The notes beneath the pieces are model-generated. The model saw nothing but the letters and a program-made list of their open reading frames with translations, was not told where the DNA came from and did not search any database. The translations under genes and the position numbers were made by a program. Shown here in pieces: positions 25,437-38,203 of a DNA stretch of 64,000 nt; positions within the stretch are counted from its first letter, which is position 1, and each line of letters opens with the position of its first letter. The DNA is from the human T2T-CHM13v2.0 reference genome, Homo sapiens, in NCBI RefSeq assembly GCF_009914755.1, contig NC_060934.1. The stretch is one strand, 5' to 3'.

Positions 25437-28203
25437 CGTTTTATCAAGGCATGTGTGTGCATAGATGCCTTTACTGAAGGGGTGTGAAGAAGAAGTGATT
25501 TATATTGCAAAAACACACACAACTTGAATTTAAGATTAGACATTTCTTTCTTTTCTTAAAATGTACCTCAACTCTTTCTATGACTTGGGTTCTAAACTTC
25601 CACCATGTTCCAGTCTTCTCTCCTTGCTCATTCTCTCTCTCGCAATACCCCAGTCCTTCTCATCTCTTGGGAAGAACACATGCCACCTCCAGCTGATAGT
25701 TCCTGGATTTGCCCTATGGTCTTATGAGGTTTAGGGTGGGCATCTGCCCTGATCGGTTGGTGCTTGTGCTGTACTTTGTTATCAGCTAGTTTGAATATTG
25801 CCCTGGCTTAGCTCAAAGCTCAGTTCTGTGCCTCCCACCACACACCAAGGGCTTATTACTCTGCAATTACTGCTGGTTTGGGCCCACGTGATTAATACTG
25901 CCGCTGCCTACCCAGGCTCTGTCTGCTAGTTTAGGGAGAAGGGTCTCTTGTGTCCTGTTAGGCATGGATGTGTTGAGTTTGGGAAGACCCCAGAAGTTAC
26001 ATCACCTACTTCTCCCTTACCCAATTGCTCCTATGAGTAACTACCCAGGGCATGACTGCAGTGCTGAGAAATGATGTCTTCCCCTGGGTCCCACCCTCTG
26101 TGGCTGATGAACTGGAAGTGGCTGGAAGCAAGCTCGCTCCTCAGATGAGAATGGGGGTAGGGAGGAGCCCCACAAATCTTTCAGTGGAAAATAAAAAAAT
26201 CAAATGGTATTAATTTATCTGCACAACTCATTGGGCTTAAAAGCACAGCCTGAAATGACTTCTTGATTGAGAGAAGATGCTTCATTAATCTTAACCCTCT
26301 CATTTGCAAGTGTGGAGAATGGAGACTAATGGCTGACATTCAGGACATAAACCTGCAGACACTGAGCTGGAATTACAGAGAAGTCACAAGAAGGAGAGGA
26401 GAAGCAAGTGGGCCAGGTTGATGCAAGGGGACTCAGGGTCCTGAGGGGTGGTGGTGATGGGAAGGGGGGTGTGTTCGAGCTAGAAATATTATCTATTGAT
26501 TTAATATCATAAATCATGCTGGAGACAGTCCTCTGGGTCCTGAGAGTGAGGGCGCTGGCCTGGGAGTCAGGAATCCTAGGTTTGAGTCTGGTTCCTTCAT
26601 TGCCTTCAGGGTGACTTGGGCAGGTTGGAACCTCTCTGGACCTTGGGTTTTATTTCTATAAAACTCAGGGAGAGAGTGTGTGGGGAGGTGCCTGATGGTT
26701 TTCAGGTCCCTCTCAGTGTTAGGATGCTTGACTCTATCGACCACCGGTGACAGATGGCAGCTGGGTTTGGCACTGTAGCCTGGGGTTTAAGGCAATGCCT
26801 CTGCCTTATGCAGCAAACTTACCTGCTCATGAGATCAAACGTGAGAAGAGAGCCACATGAAGGTGTCAGAAGGTCAACATGCCGAAGGAGTGTCCCACAA
26901 GGGTAGTACTCTAGTGGGGGTTGGGGGAAGGGAGACTTCTTTACAGTTGGGTGTGGAAAGAATCATAGATGGCTTCATGGAAGAAGAGGGCCTTATGTCA
27001 CAGGTCAGGCTTTGAAAGGAAGAGAGGATAGAGGTGGAAAGCTTCTACTTCCAAATGGGATCAGGTATTTATCTTGGGGCCCATGAAGAACCATGATTTC
27101 TGGGATGAGGGGAAAAAAAAGACCAGCCATGGTGAGATCAGCTGGAAGGCAACCTCAGGTAGCCTCTGAGCAACACCAAACCTTATTTCATGATGCCTGA
27201 GATTCCACCATCAGACAACCATTTCTGGCGACTTAAAGGATTTTTTTTCAGGTTGCTTACCCACATAGTGACATTGGGCCCATGAACAGGCTACTCTGAA
27301 TATCAGGTTCACATCAATAAAATTAGAACAATAGCATAGGTAGGTACGTAGGTAGGTAGGTAGCTGGGATTAAATGATCTAAGCATATAAATGCACAGCA
27401 CAGTGCCTGAAATGCAATCAGACCTCACTAAACATTAACTGCTGTCATAGGGTTATGACGTCATTATGGAGAACTTACTGTCCCAAGCACTGTGCTTTAC
27501 ATTTGAATAATAAGTAATGCATTTTAATAATAACTCTATAAGGAAAGTATTATCCTCATCTCTAATTTTATAGAAGCCCAGGGCACAGAGAGGTTAAGTA
27601 ACTTGCTGAAGGCCTCACAGGTAGTGAAAGGTGGAGGTATAATTTGATCCCAGGCATCTATACTATTAACCACCCTGCTACCACTTCTCTTAATATTAGT
27701 ATGATTAGTTAGTTTTCAAAAATAAGGCTGCAGGTCCTACTGACTGCTGGAAGGAGAGAAGTGAGTGGAAAATCATTTCCCAGTGTTTGGTCAACCCAAG
27801 AATCCTAGGAGGCATAGTGAACCCTGGGAGCAGGAATACCATAAGCCTGCCCTAGCAGGAATTTACGATATAGGTATGAGGTCAGGCTAGAATGATTCAG
27901 ACTGGGATCAGGGACCAGGGTCTCAGAACTGGGGTAGAATGTTCTGGATGAACTGGAGCAGGCTAGAGGCAAACTTGTCCTATGTCTGTCGGGATCCGTC
28001 TCCCCAGCTTTCAGGAGATGGTGAGCAGAAGTGACTCTTTGGTCATTATAAGGTTATTGCCTCAGACTTCTAGTGTTGTCTAGCCCTTGGAGAGCTCCTA
28101 GCTTGAGCTTTCCATGGACTCTTTCGTGGAACATGAGTTCTGGGAGCTTTTCCTCTAAAGTGTTTCTGATCAAATAATCCTTGGAAACTGCAACTCCATC
28201 TTC

Positions 28204-28680
28204 CTATAGCAGCTGCTATAGGAAGGGTCTTGCCTATATCTCCCTCCCTACCATGCTAGTGGACTGGGCTAGATTTTCAACTGCCAGTATCTGCATCTCT
28301 GCCTGAGGGATTTCTGCTTATGCTTCAGAAACAAGGGGAAGTGCTAGACAATTAATGACACCCCTCTCAACTCCTGACAGAACAGCCCTCAAGCAATGAT
28401 GGGCTGGCAATGGTGTATAACTACCCCAGCTCCCACCCTCCTAGTGTGGACTAACTCTGAGGCACATGCTCCCCACCATTGCCCAGAGATCCCTGGTGGG
28501 ATTAAGTTCCAGTTGTTCACAGAGATAACTTGCTTGGTATTTATGCTTTATGGCTGCTTTCTCTTTCCTGTCTCTTCTTCATTTTCCTACTAAAGTTTCC
28601 TGAGATCACTTTCCAAACAAACTGCTTGCACTCAATTCCTTGCATTATAGCCTGTTTTGGGGGGAACCCAAGCCAAGATA
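28204..28680 (+). mobile_element. LTR16C-like ERV-L solo LTR
   Basis: AACTGCCAGTATCTGCATCTCTGCCTGAGGG ... AAACTGCTTGCACTCAATTCCTTG...GGGAACCCAAGCCAAGATA. Confidence 0.8.
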
Positions 28681-28745
28681 ATTACTCTTGGAGATTCCTA
28701 CAACACATTAAAGCATTAAAGGCTTTGGGTAATCTTATAGTAAGG

Positions 28746-29125
28746 GTATCTCAACAGTTCAGGCTGCTGTGACAGAATACCATAGACTGGGTGGCTTAAA
28801 CAACAGACATTTATTTCTCACAGTTCTGGAGGCTGGGGAGTCCAAGATCAGGATGCCAGCATGGTCAGGCAGGTTCTGGTAACTGTCTCTCTTCCCAGTT
28901 TGCAGACAACTGTCTTCTTGTTGTGTCCTCACATGGCAGAGAGCAGAGAAAGAGTAAAAGCAGCGTCTCTCCTGTCTCTTGTTATGAGGGCACTAATGCC
29001 ATCATGAAGGTGTTAGTGACCTAATTACCTTCCTAAGGCCTCATCTCCAGATACCATTACATTAGGAACCAGAGTTTCAACATGTGTAATTTTAGGGAGG
29101 AGACACAAACATTCAGTTCATGACA
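28746..29125 (-). mobile_element. MLT1A-type solo LTR
   Basis: TTCAGGCTGCTGTGACAGAATACCATAGACTGGGTGGCTTAAACAACAG ... ACACAAACATTCAGTTCATGACA. Confidence 0.9.
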
Positions 29126-30024
29126 TGAGAAGACCTATTTGACTTTAACACAGTGTTTCCCAACTTGCATGACCAGAGAATTTTTTTTCACCAAGCACCT
29201 TGTAACCTCCCAGGGAGCATTATTCTATGGTCCACACTGTGGGAAATCATAGTCTAACCCTACCTTGCAGTTTATAGCTGAGTTATCTGAGGCCCAAAGA
29301 GGGAAGGGAGTAGCTGAGCCCATTCTTGGCAGAGCAGGAATTAGGACTCATGTCCCATCCACTCCTGATAAATGTGTTTTCCAACCACCATACTCCTCCC
29401 CCCCCCATCTGTGATCTGCAGAAAATAATATTGACTCCATAAGAGCTAACGTAACATGTGTGAATATCCTGAGTAAGCTGAAGAGGATTATACAAATATG
29501 CGGAATGATTTATTCTGGCAGTGGAAGTAGTGGGGGCACCAAACAGAAGGACCAGGGAGCTGACTTTTGCGGGGAGACTGCATCTGCCCTGGAGGGGGAA
29601 TGTGACCGGAATTTGTTCAACCTACTGAGTTTCCTGAAAGGAGACTCCTACACCCCCACCCCAGCAAACCCAGTGTTGATCTAAAATATTAGCCTAGAGG
29701 AAAGTTGGCTTGAAGAGGGGCAGCATCCATCTTGGAATGTCCTTATCTCATTTCCATAGTCACCGGAGACAGCTGGAAAGATAACCAGATGTTCAAGCAT
29801 CTCTTCCTTGCTCTCGCTCACTTGCTCGCTCACTCTATTTTTTTTTGTAAATTGAATTTAAAGGACCTGTTTCTTAGCAACAGCAGCAGTCAGTGGTTAC
29901 AAAGTCCTCCTTGGCCATTTCAATGCCCAGGGTTTCAGTAAGCAGATGAACCTCTCAGTACCAGCTGGAGACTGGGGACAGATAGCAGGGCCATGATAAA
30001 AGTCAGCAATCTAGTGCTCCATTT

Positions 30025-30047
30025 GTGTGTGTGTGTGTGTATGTGGG

Positions 30048-30078
<31 letters not shown>

Positions 30079-30083
30079 GGGTG
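30025..30083. repeat. Compound (TG)n-TATGTGGGGTG repeat, two units
   Basis: Direct observation. Confidence 0.9.
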
Positions 30084-30739
30084 TTCCCAAAGGACCTAAC
30101 ATGAGGGCAGTAGGGCCCTTAGAGCCATCTTTGGCTCTGGGGTGCATGTGGTGTGTGATGACAGCTGGACTTCCCTGGGCTGAAAGCTGAGTGTGGCTGC
30201 TCCAGCTCTGTTCTGGGGAAGCTGTTGTCATGGATGGTGTGGCTTTGTGACAAAAGTGCTAGATGAAACCTAAGGAAACTCAGGTCTAGTCTCAGCAACA
30301 TTGTAGTGTTACCTTAGATAAGCCATCAAACTTACCTGAGCCTCAGCTTCTGCACCTGTCAGGAAGGTCGTAACACCACTTGGCCAAGCTGAGGGACAGA
30401 AAAGGTCAGGGCATGTGGAAATTCCTCAAAAGGCACGAGGAATGATGATGATGTCAGGGGTTAGACATCTCTTTTCTCTGGCCTGAAATGCTTACTCCTC
30501 CCTCCCCTAGAGGAATCGAAACTAGATCCTGGAAGCACTAGGATGTCTCTAGGCTTGCGGGCAAAAATTATGGGGAAGGGGGGGTCCTACCTGGGAAAGG
30601 AGAGGAGAAAGCCTCTCTGTACAGATCTGGGGTCACAGCAGTGAAGGTGCTTTGGAGACACAGAAGGGCAGAATATTGGATGTTAAGAAACCTTAAGCCT
30701 TTTATTCTAATGTCTCTTAATGCTTAGATCCTTGACTAC

Positions 30740-31046
30740 TGAAGTTGAAATCCAGTGGTCCACAGGTCAGATATGGCTCTCACAGTGTTTTGTAATTTCT
30801 CAAATTAGTTACTAACAGTTACAAATTAGCAGACTGCACATAAAAATCATGATTTCCAGTTCCTTTGAATAATCAGAAGGAGTGATTTGCACATCATGCA
30901 TCTAGAGCTGAGCAGAGGCTGCTCCATTTCAATGCAGTCTCTGGTTTGTCATTGTCCCCACCATTCTCAGATGCCTTCTAACTGGGCCTCTTTACTCACC
31001 TCATACCAACCTGATTCTTACAGACATCTGAGTTTGAAATCCCTGC
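30740..31046 (+). mobile_element. MER102-like hAT element
   Basis: CACATAAAAATCATGATTTCCAG, AGAGCTGAGCAGAGGCTGC, GAGTTTGAAATCCCTG end. Confidence 0.65.
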
Positions 31047-31532
31047 TTTCCTGGACATCCCTTGGACATCTGAAAATGGGGATGTTAAGAAAATCTACCC
31101 AAAATAGTTACTATTAAGTTGAAATAAAGTTATTTTCCTGGCACATAGAAGGGGTTGAAAAATATTGGTTTCCATACTCCTTTTAAAGCTTTCAAGACTT
31201 TGAGTCATTTGTATTAGTTGGTCAATCATAGGGGCCTAGAATGAGTCTTTCTAGAGGACAACCTTTATTTAAGCACAAATTCCTTCTGCAATTCATTCAT
31301 TCATGTAGGCATTACTATACCAGGGGCTGTCTCCAAAAGGTGCATGTTTAAGGCTTGGCTACTTATGATGTGGATGACCTCGGGCAAATCTTTGACATCT
31401 GAGTTTCCCCAGTTTCTTTCATTATTTCATTGATTTATTCATGCATGCAGACATGCATTGATTTATTTTGTGCTAGGCATCATGATACTAGGTGGTGAGG
31501 CTTCAATGATGCATAAGACACAGCCAAAAGAA

Positions 31533-31981
31533 ATCTTGGTCCTGCTTCCTAGAGCAGAGCCTGAGGCAGGTATTTGGATGCATGTGAATCATAGAGGGAG
31601 TGCTACTAGGAAAAGCCTTTAATGAAAGGAGTAAAACAGGATAGTGAAGGAGGAAAAGTCAATGTGAAGTCTTGCCTAAGTCTGATCCATGAGGATAATG
31701 GAGCCCTGAATTGTAACTTAGACTGCAGCCCTCTCTTATCCATTGGGAAAAGGAGTGACATTTTATACTCCAATGTCAATCAGGCACTGCCTGTGGACTG
31801 TATTCTCTGGGAAGAGTTGTATAACCTCTGAGCAAAGCAACATCTCCCATCAACTAAGGAAGAGCTGCTGGAGAAAGGGGGCAGCTGCGAGCTATTAGTA
31901 ACCAACACTCACAGCAGTTGGAAGATGGGTGCCTTGCTTGTAAAAGAGGATCTCTGCAAGGCACCAACAACATATAGCACA
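31533..31981 (-). mobile_element. LTR16-family 3' LTR of ERV-L provirus
   Basis: AGCAGAGCCTGAGGCAGGTATTTGGATGCA antisense LTR16 end; abuts PPT-like GTGGCGGAT on the minus strand; colinear with 39303-39693. Confidence 0.8.
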
Positions 31982-33543
31982 ATCCGCCACGTGCACCTCT
32001 CAGGTTCTTTTGATTCTCACATTCAGTTCACTCCACCTGGTCTCAGCTTCTCTAGAATTCTGTGGTTACGTTTCTGAGGAAACCTACAAGAAGAGGATTA
32101 GTGGGGTGAACTATAGTTTCTGTTGCTGAAGTTGCTCTCAAGGCCAATATTGATCATCAATATCTTTTTCTACTACTTGCTTTAGATTTTTCATATGCTT
32201 GGCTAGCACTTCTGCTGGGCTGGGTGGCTTGCCTAGTGGGGTGACCCAGTCAATCACCTCTAAAGGCCTGTGCACCTGGTTACTAGATTATGGTTGGTTA
32301 TGTATAGATAACACTGGGCACAGGAGTACCAAGGGACAACCCAGTGGATGTGGATCACTTGAATTCCAAACACACTTCTCCATGGTCTCATGTGGCAGCA
32401 AGCCACACTTCCTTTTGATGTTCAGGGCCAACAACCCCTGACACTATGGCAACCCTTCCTGCGCCTACTGATTTGTTAACCCAAGGAGCAGTGGTAGTAG
32501 CTAGACCAATCTTGTTGAGAAGTCTATGCTGTTGAGTTCATGCATAACTCAATCTCTGCTATCATGATTATTTTGTTTATGGGCTCATTGTGTAAGACAA
32601 CAGTGGCCAAGAACTGAGGCTGGCTAATATTGCCTGGCTAAGTCATCTTGTCTAGTCTTTCACAGTGGATACTCTCTGGTGTGTGTTAACATACAATACA
32701 AAGATATATGTGTCCGTTCCCACAGCCCATTCATACACCTCTACCTAAGACTTCCTTGTTCTTGATCTCGAGCCTTGTTCATTTCAGACTCTTGACTTAC
32801 AGGCTATACCATTTGCCACTTTCCACCAGTCTATGTATATTCCTACCTCAGGCCACTTTTCTCTCTGCACAAAGTGGATGACCAGGTGACCAGGCACATT
32901 GTCTGAAGCTTTTCCCATTTCAAGAATTTCCCCTCCCTGCTGTCTTTCAGGTGACTAGGTGCATTGTCTGCCTTTCAGAGCCCTCCTGAATGGGGCTGGA
33001 GTGCAGCAATTTCCATTTTCAGCTTGTGCCAACATCTAGGATCAAAACTTGAACTTTTCCTTTCTCTGTTGGCTGGCCATGGGGAACCTCCATAATACCA
33101 TATGTGAGCTGAGGAAGACATTGACACAAATGTGTTTGGTGACATGGAGTATGGTCCACCTGTTTGTTCAATTACTTCTTCCCTCTGCATTTGTCTGAAC
33201 TTGATCCCGGATCTTCCACTTCCATGTTCGATGGGTTGTTGGCTTTTTGACTTGGCAGTGGGGCTGACAGTACCCAGCTCATGAGGGGCAGTTCTGGTCT
33301 CATGGTTACCTGGTGTTCCACGATCAAATACTCTTGTCTCTACCAGAGTCTTTTCCAGTAGCATGCTAGAAGCTGTTTTTGGAACTGTGTATACATCTCT
33401 GCTGCAGATGGCATGGTTTTGTTCTAGAACCCTTTAGGTCCGCTTATGACTCTGCTGTTAGGACTTGCAGAGATTCTACAAGATGTTTTTTTTTTCTACC
33501 ACAAATACCTCTGATACTATGGGGTCTACTGGATCATATGGCC

Positions 33544-33918
33544 TGATAGAATTTGGCTCTGTGTCCCCACCCAAATCTCATTTTAAATTGTAATCCCCAT
33601 GTGTCAAGGGAGAGACCTGTAATCCCAAAGCATCGACGGAAGGAGGTGATTGGATCATGGGGGCAGTTTCCCCCATGCTGTTCTCATGATAGTGGGTGAG
33701 GTCTCACAACATGATGGTTTTATAAGTGTTTGGAAGTTCCTCCTTCACTCTCTCACCTGCTTCCCTGTAAGACGTGCCTGCTTCCCTTTCCACCATGATT
33801 GTAAGTTTCCTGAGGCTTCCCCAGCCATGCAGAACTCTGAGTCAATTAAATATCTTTTCTTTATAAATTACCCAGTCTCAGGCAGTTCTTTAAAGCAGTG
33901 TGAGATCGGACTAATACA
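33544..33918 (+). mobile_element. THE1D-like solo LTR inserted in ERV-L pol
   Basis: TGATAGAATTTGGCTCTGTGTCCCCACCCAAATCTC ... GGACTAATACA; perfect 5-bp TSD TGGCC. Confidence 0.93.
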
Positions 33919-34677
33919 TGGCCTAAGTAGAAGTGCTGCTTGTATCACAGCAATTGCAGTACCAGGCAACTGAATCTGTTGCCTGGTACTTTTTTACACT
34001 GGACCTCACTCAAAACTAGCAGCCTCTTGAATCACTGGGCAAATGGGTTGGAGCAATATTCCTAAGTGTGAAATACGCTACCTCCAATGTATTTGCTTCT
34101 TTCTTAGTGGTAGAAGGTACAGAGCACACTAACTTGTTTTTTATTTTGGCGGGGGGATTCTCAGCATCCCCAAGACCTTGAGACCTCTAAAAACAATAAC
34201 TTTGGCAGGTTTCTGGCTCTTTGTAGGGTTGACCACCTGCTTTTGTGAATACTTGTATCTCACTTGTTACTCCTTACTCAGAAAGGCCTGACTTACGTGA
34301 TGTCATCAGGGGTGCCATCAGCGTGACCTTTGTGATGCTCTGTGGAATGCCCAGATGGCCCAAGCCCCTCTGGATATAGTCTGACAGAATCAAGGAGAAT
34401 TAACAGACCCCCAGGGCAGCACTGAGTGAATACTGCTGTTCATCTCATGGGTATGAATGTGAACTGTTTTAGTTACTTCTTTCTGCTGGACACGGAAAAG
34501 AAAGCATTTGCCAGATCAATAGCTGCATACCACTTACCTGCAACTATAAGTTGCTCTGGATAATTCCCACATCCGGCTCAGAAGCTGCACATGGGTTACT
34601 AACTGGTTAAGTCTGTCATAGTTCACTGTCATCTGCCATGACAGGGGCCAGGCTAGTGTATTAAATGGGACATATGA

Positions 34678-34988
<311 letters not shown>

Positions 34989-35680
34989 TCCTCTGCATTT
35001 TTTGTCTTTGAAGTGACACTAATCTCTGCCATTCCCCTAGGAAGTGATTATGTTTTTGGTTTACCCTCTTGGCCCAGGGATAGGGGCAGCTTCAGAGGCT
35101 TCCACTTAACCTTTTGTAGTACAGGAGCTCTTAATCTACTGGCCAAGAAACGATGGTGATGTTCTGCCAACTAGTAAGTATATATGTTGCAATCATATAT
35201 TCTGGAATTGGAAATGACCTTGCAGTTCCTGGCCCAGGACTCCATTTTTTACCTGACCCCATATGCTTCTACTACCATGGAGGAACCATGATGGGGTTTT
35301 GGGTCTCAGTGTCTCAGTACCAGCTTAGATCCTGTATCTGACATCCCTCAGAAGGTCTGGATTTTCCATTTCCCCATTGTAATTACCCTTTCTCTTCAGT
35401 TAATGGCCATAAATCCAGTTGGGAAATAACTACTGTACATATTTACTGTGGCATCGCAGGGGTCTTTCTTATGGGGACCCATCCTCCTTTTCAGTTGATG
35501 GGTTCAGGATGTGAGAGGTGGTTTAGATCTGGAAACTGGACATGGGACCATGACTTTCCAATGGGGTTTCTAATCTCAGTCTCCTGCTCATCCACTCTTG
35601 AACTCTTTTGATTCTATATATTAAATGATACCCTGGTTGAATCCTGAGAATGTCATGTTTTATTAGCCATTTTAATCAAT

Positions 35681-35903
35681 TAGAGGTCAGCAAGCAACTT
35701 CTGTAAAGGGCCAGATGGTAAATATTTTAGGGTTTGCAGGACATAGAATCACTTTTGCAATGACTCAACTCTGTCATTGTAGCACAAAAGCGGCCGTAGA
35801 TAATATGCAACAAATGGGCGTGACTGTGTTCAATAAAAATTTATTTATAAAAACAGATTGTGAGCAGAATTAGGCCTGCAGGGCTGTGGTTTGCTGATAC
35901 CTG
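35681..35903 (+). mobile_element. MER58A hAT MITE
   Basis: CTGTAAAGGGCCAGATGGTAAATATTTTAGG, ACTCAACTCTG, CAATAAAAATTTATTTA, TTTGCTGATACCTG. Confidence 0.88.
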
Positions 35904-36259
35904 CCATAGATGTCTGCAGGTCAGGGCCCTACTTTCTTGGCTGCCATTCTGACTTAGAAGCACGCATGGTAAATCCACTGACTTTGCTTTTGAAAGTCAA
36001 GTGCCACCACCATGTATCTGCTACATCATAAGTTTAGCACCCCCATTGCTACTAGGGATCCCAGTTCTGTAGCAACATCTCCAACTCTGTCCAAGCCTAC
36101 TGAGGACAGGCAGTACTGAGTCTATTTGCAGTGCCATTGTCCCCTCACCAGTGCACTCCTCATCCACTGGGAAGATGGTGTGTCCTCTGGGCCCTGCAAG
36201 GGCCATAATTGGCTAGTGTTCTAATCCCAGCCTCTTGCTCATCCATTCTTCATCTCTCC

Positions 36260-38049
36260 TTTAATAATTTATTGAGGCAAAATTCAAGCAACATGAAATT
36301 AAGCATTTTAATGTGAACAACTCAGTGGCATTTCGTGCATTCACAATGTTGTACGCCTATCATCACTAATTCCAAAACACTTCCATCACTCCAAAGTAAA
36401 ACCCCTCAAACATTAAGCAGTTTTTCTCCCCACTTCAGCCCCTAGCAACTGCCAATCTGCATTTTATCTCTCTGGATTTGTCTATTGTAGATATTTTATA
36501 TAAATGGAATAATAAAAGATATGACCTTTTATATCTGGCTTCTTTCACTTAGCATAATGTTTCAAGGTTTTATCCATGTTGTAGCATGTATCAGTACTTT
36601 ATTCCTTTTTATAGCTAAATAATATTTCATTGTGTGTGTATATATCTTGATATTTATACATCTATATCTATACACCACAGCTTATCTATTCATTCATATA
36701 TCAAACATTTGGTCTGTTTTCACCTTTGGCTACTGTGAGTAGTGCTATTATGAACATACATGTACCTATACTTGTTTGGTACCTGTTTTCAATTATTTTG
36801 GGTATATATCTAGGAGTGGAATTGTAGGGTCATATGGCAATTCTATGTTTAACTTTTTCAGAAATTGCCAAACTATTTTCTACAGTGGTCGAACCATTTT
36901 GCATTCTCACCAACAATGTACGAAAGTTGCAACTTCTCCACATCCTTGCCAACACTTGTTTTTTGTTTTTTTTGATTATAGTCCTCCTAGTGGGTGTGAA
37001 GTGGTACCTCACTGTGGTTTTGATTTGCATATCCCAAATGACTAATGATGTTGAGCATCTTTTTCATGTGTTTGTTGGCCATTTGTGTATTTTCTTTGGA
37101 AAAATGTTGATTCAAGCACTTTGCCCATTTTTTAATTGGGTTGTCTTTTCTGCTATTGACTTCTAAGAGTTCTTTATGTATATTTTGGATACTGGACTCT
37201 TATCAGATATATGATATATGCAAATATTTTTCCCATTGTGTGGGTCATCTTTTCACTTTGTTGATAATGTCCTTGGCTGCAAAAACAATTTTAACTTTGA
37301 TAAAGCTTTTGTTGCTCTTGTCTTTGGTGTCATATCTAAGAATCTATTACTGATTCAAGGTTATAAAGATTTACCCTAAGTCTTCTTTTAAGAATTTTAT
37401 AATTTTATCCCTTATATTTAAGCTGTTAATTCATTTGAGCTAATTTTTATATATCGTGTGAGGTAGGGGTCCAACTTTATTCTTTTGCATGTGGATATCT
37501 AGTTGTTCTAGCGTCCTTTGTTGAAGGGACTATCCTTTCCTCATTGAATGGTCTTGGCACCCCTTTTGAAAATCAATGGGGTATCAATGTATGGGTTTAC
37601 TTTTGGACTCTCAATTCTATTCCATTGGTCTATCTGTCTATCTTTATGATAGTACCACATTGTTTCAATTACTGTAACTTTGCAGTAAGTTTTGAAATTG
37701 GGAAGTTTGAGTCCTCCATCTTTGTTCTTCTTTTTCTTTTCTTTTTTTTTTTTAACTTGTAAAGCAATTTTATTTTTGTTTAACCTTAAGCTTGCTAGGT
37801 TTTTTCCCTGAACAACATTTGTCTTGTTTTGATACCCACCTACACTCATATTAGAAATGTAGTGCAAACTGCTTGGTGATTCCACTTTGAATTTATAGTC
37901 ATGTGACTAGGATGTTTTGAATATATGTTCTTCTTTTTCAAGATTGTTTTGACTACTTTAAACTCCTTGTAATTCCACAAGAATTAGAAGATTGGCTTTT
38001 CTATTTCTGCAAAAAAGGCCATTGGGACTATGATAGGGACTGCATTGAA
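36260..38049 (-). mobile_element. L1MB-type 5'-truncated insertion (3' UTR plus ORF2 C-terminal part)
   Basis: Antisense L1 3' UTR and ORF2 remnants ([15 protein letters not shown]; GGLKLPNFKTYCK...DRQIDQWNRIESP); TSD TCTTCATCTCT at 36247-36257 and 38050-38060. Confidence 0.93.
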
Positions 38050-38135
38050 TCTTCATCTCTTTTGATTCTATAGATTAAGCGATACTCTTGTTGAATCATG
38101 GGAACATCATGTTGTTATTAACCAACACTATATAT

Positions 38136-38203
38136 CAGGGGTCAGCAAACTTTTTCTGTAAAAAGCCAGAAAGTAAATATTTGAGATTTTGAGGGCTATA
38201 TGG
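38136..38203 (+). mobile_element. MER58 5' fragment (duplicated junction)
   Basis: CAGGGGTCAGCAAACTTTTTCTGTAAAAAGCCAGAAAGTAAATATTT. Confidence 0.85.

Larger units (their letters stand above)
28100..29250. mobile_element. MER103-like hAT element split by two LTRs
   Basis: TGGAACATGAGTTC..CAAATAATCCTTGGAAAC | CTTGGAGATTC..AGCATTAAAGGCTTTG | CAGTGTTTCCCAACTT..CACACTGTGGGAAA. Confidence 0.55.

Noticed and set aside
25720-25806. Possible old hAT terminal fragment (related sequence near 52190-52270)
   Set aside because: Too short and diverged to name or bound reliably without a search.
32975-33364. 129-aa ORF in ERV-L pol as a possible domesticated gene
   Set aside because: Matches the viral frame only briefly (LVETR) and then shifts; surrounding pol is full of stops and insertions.
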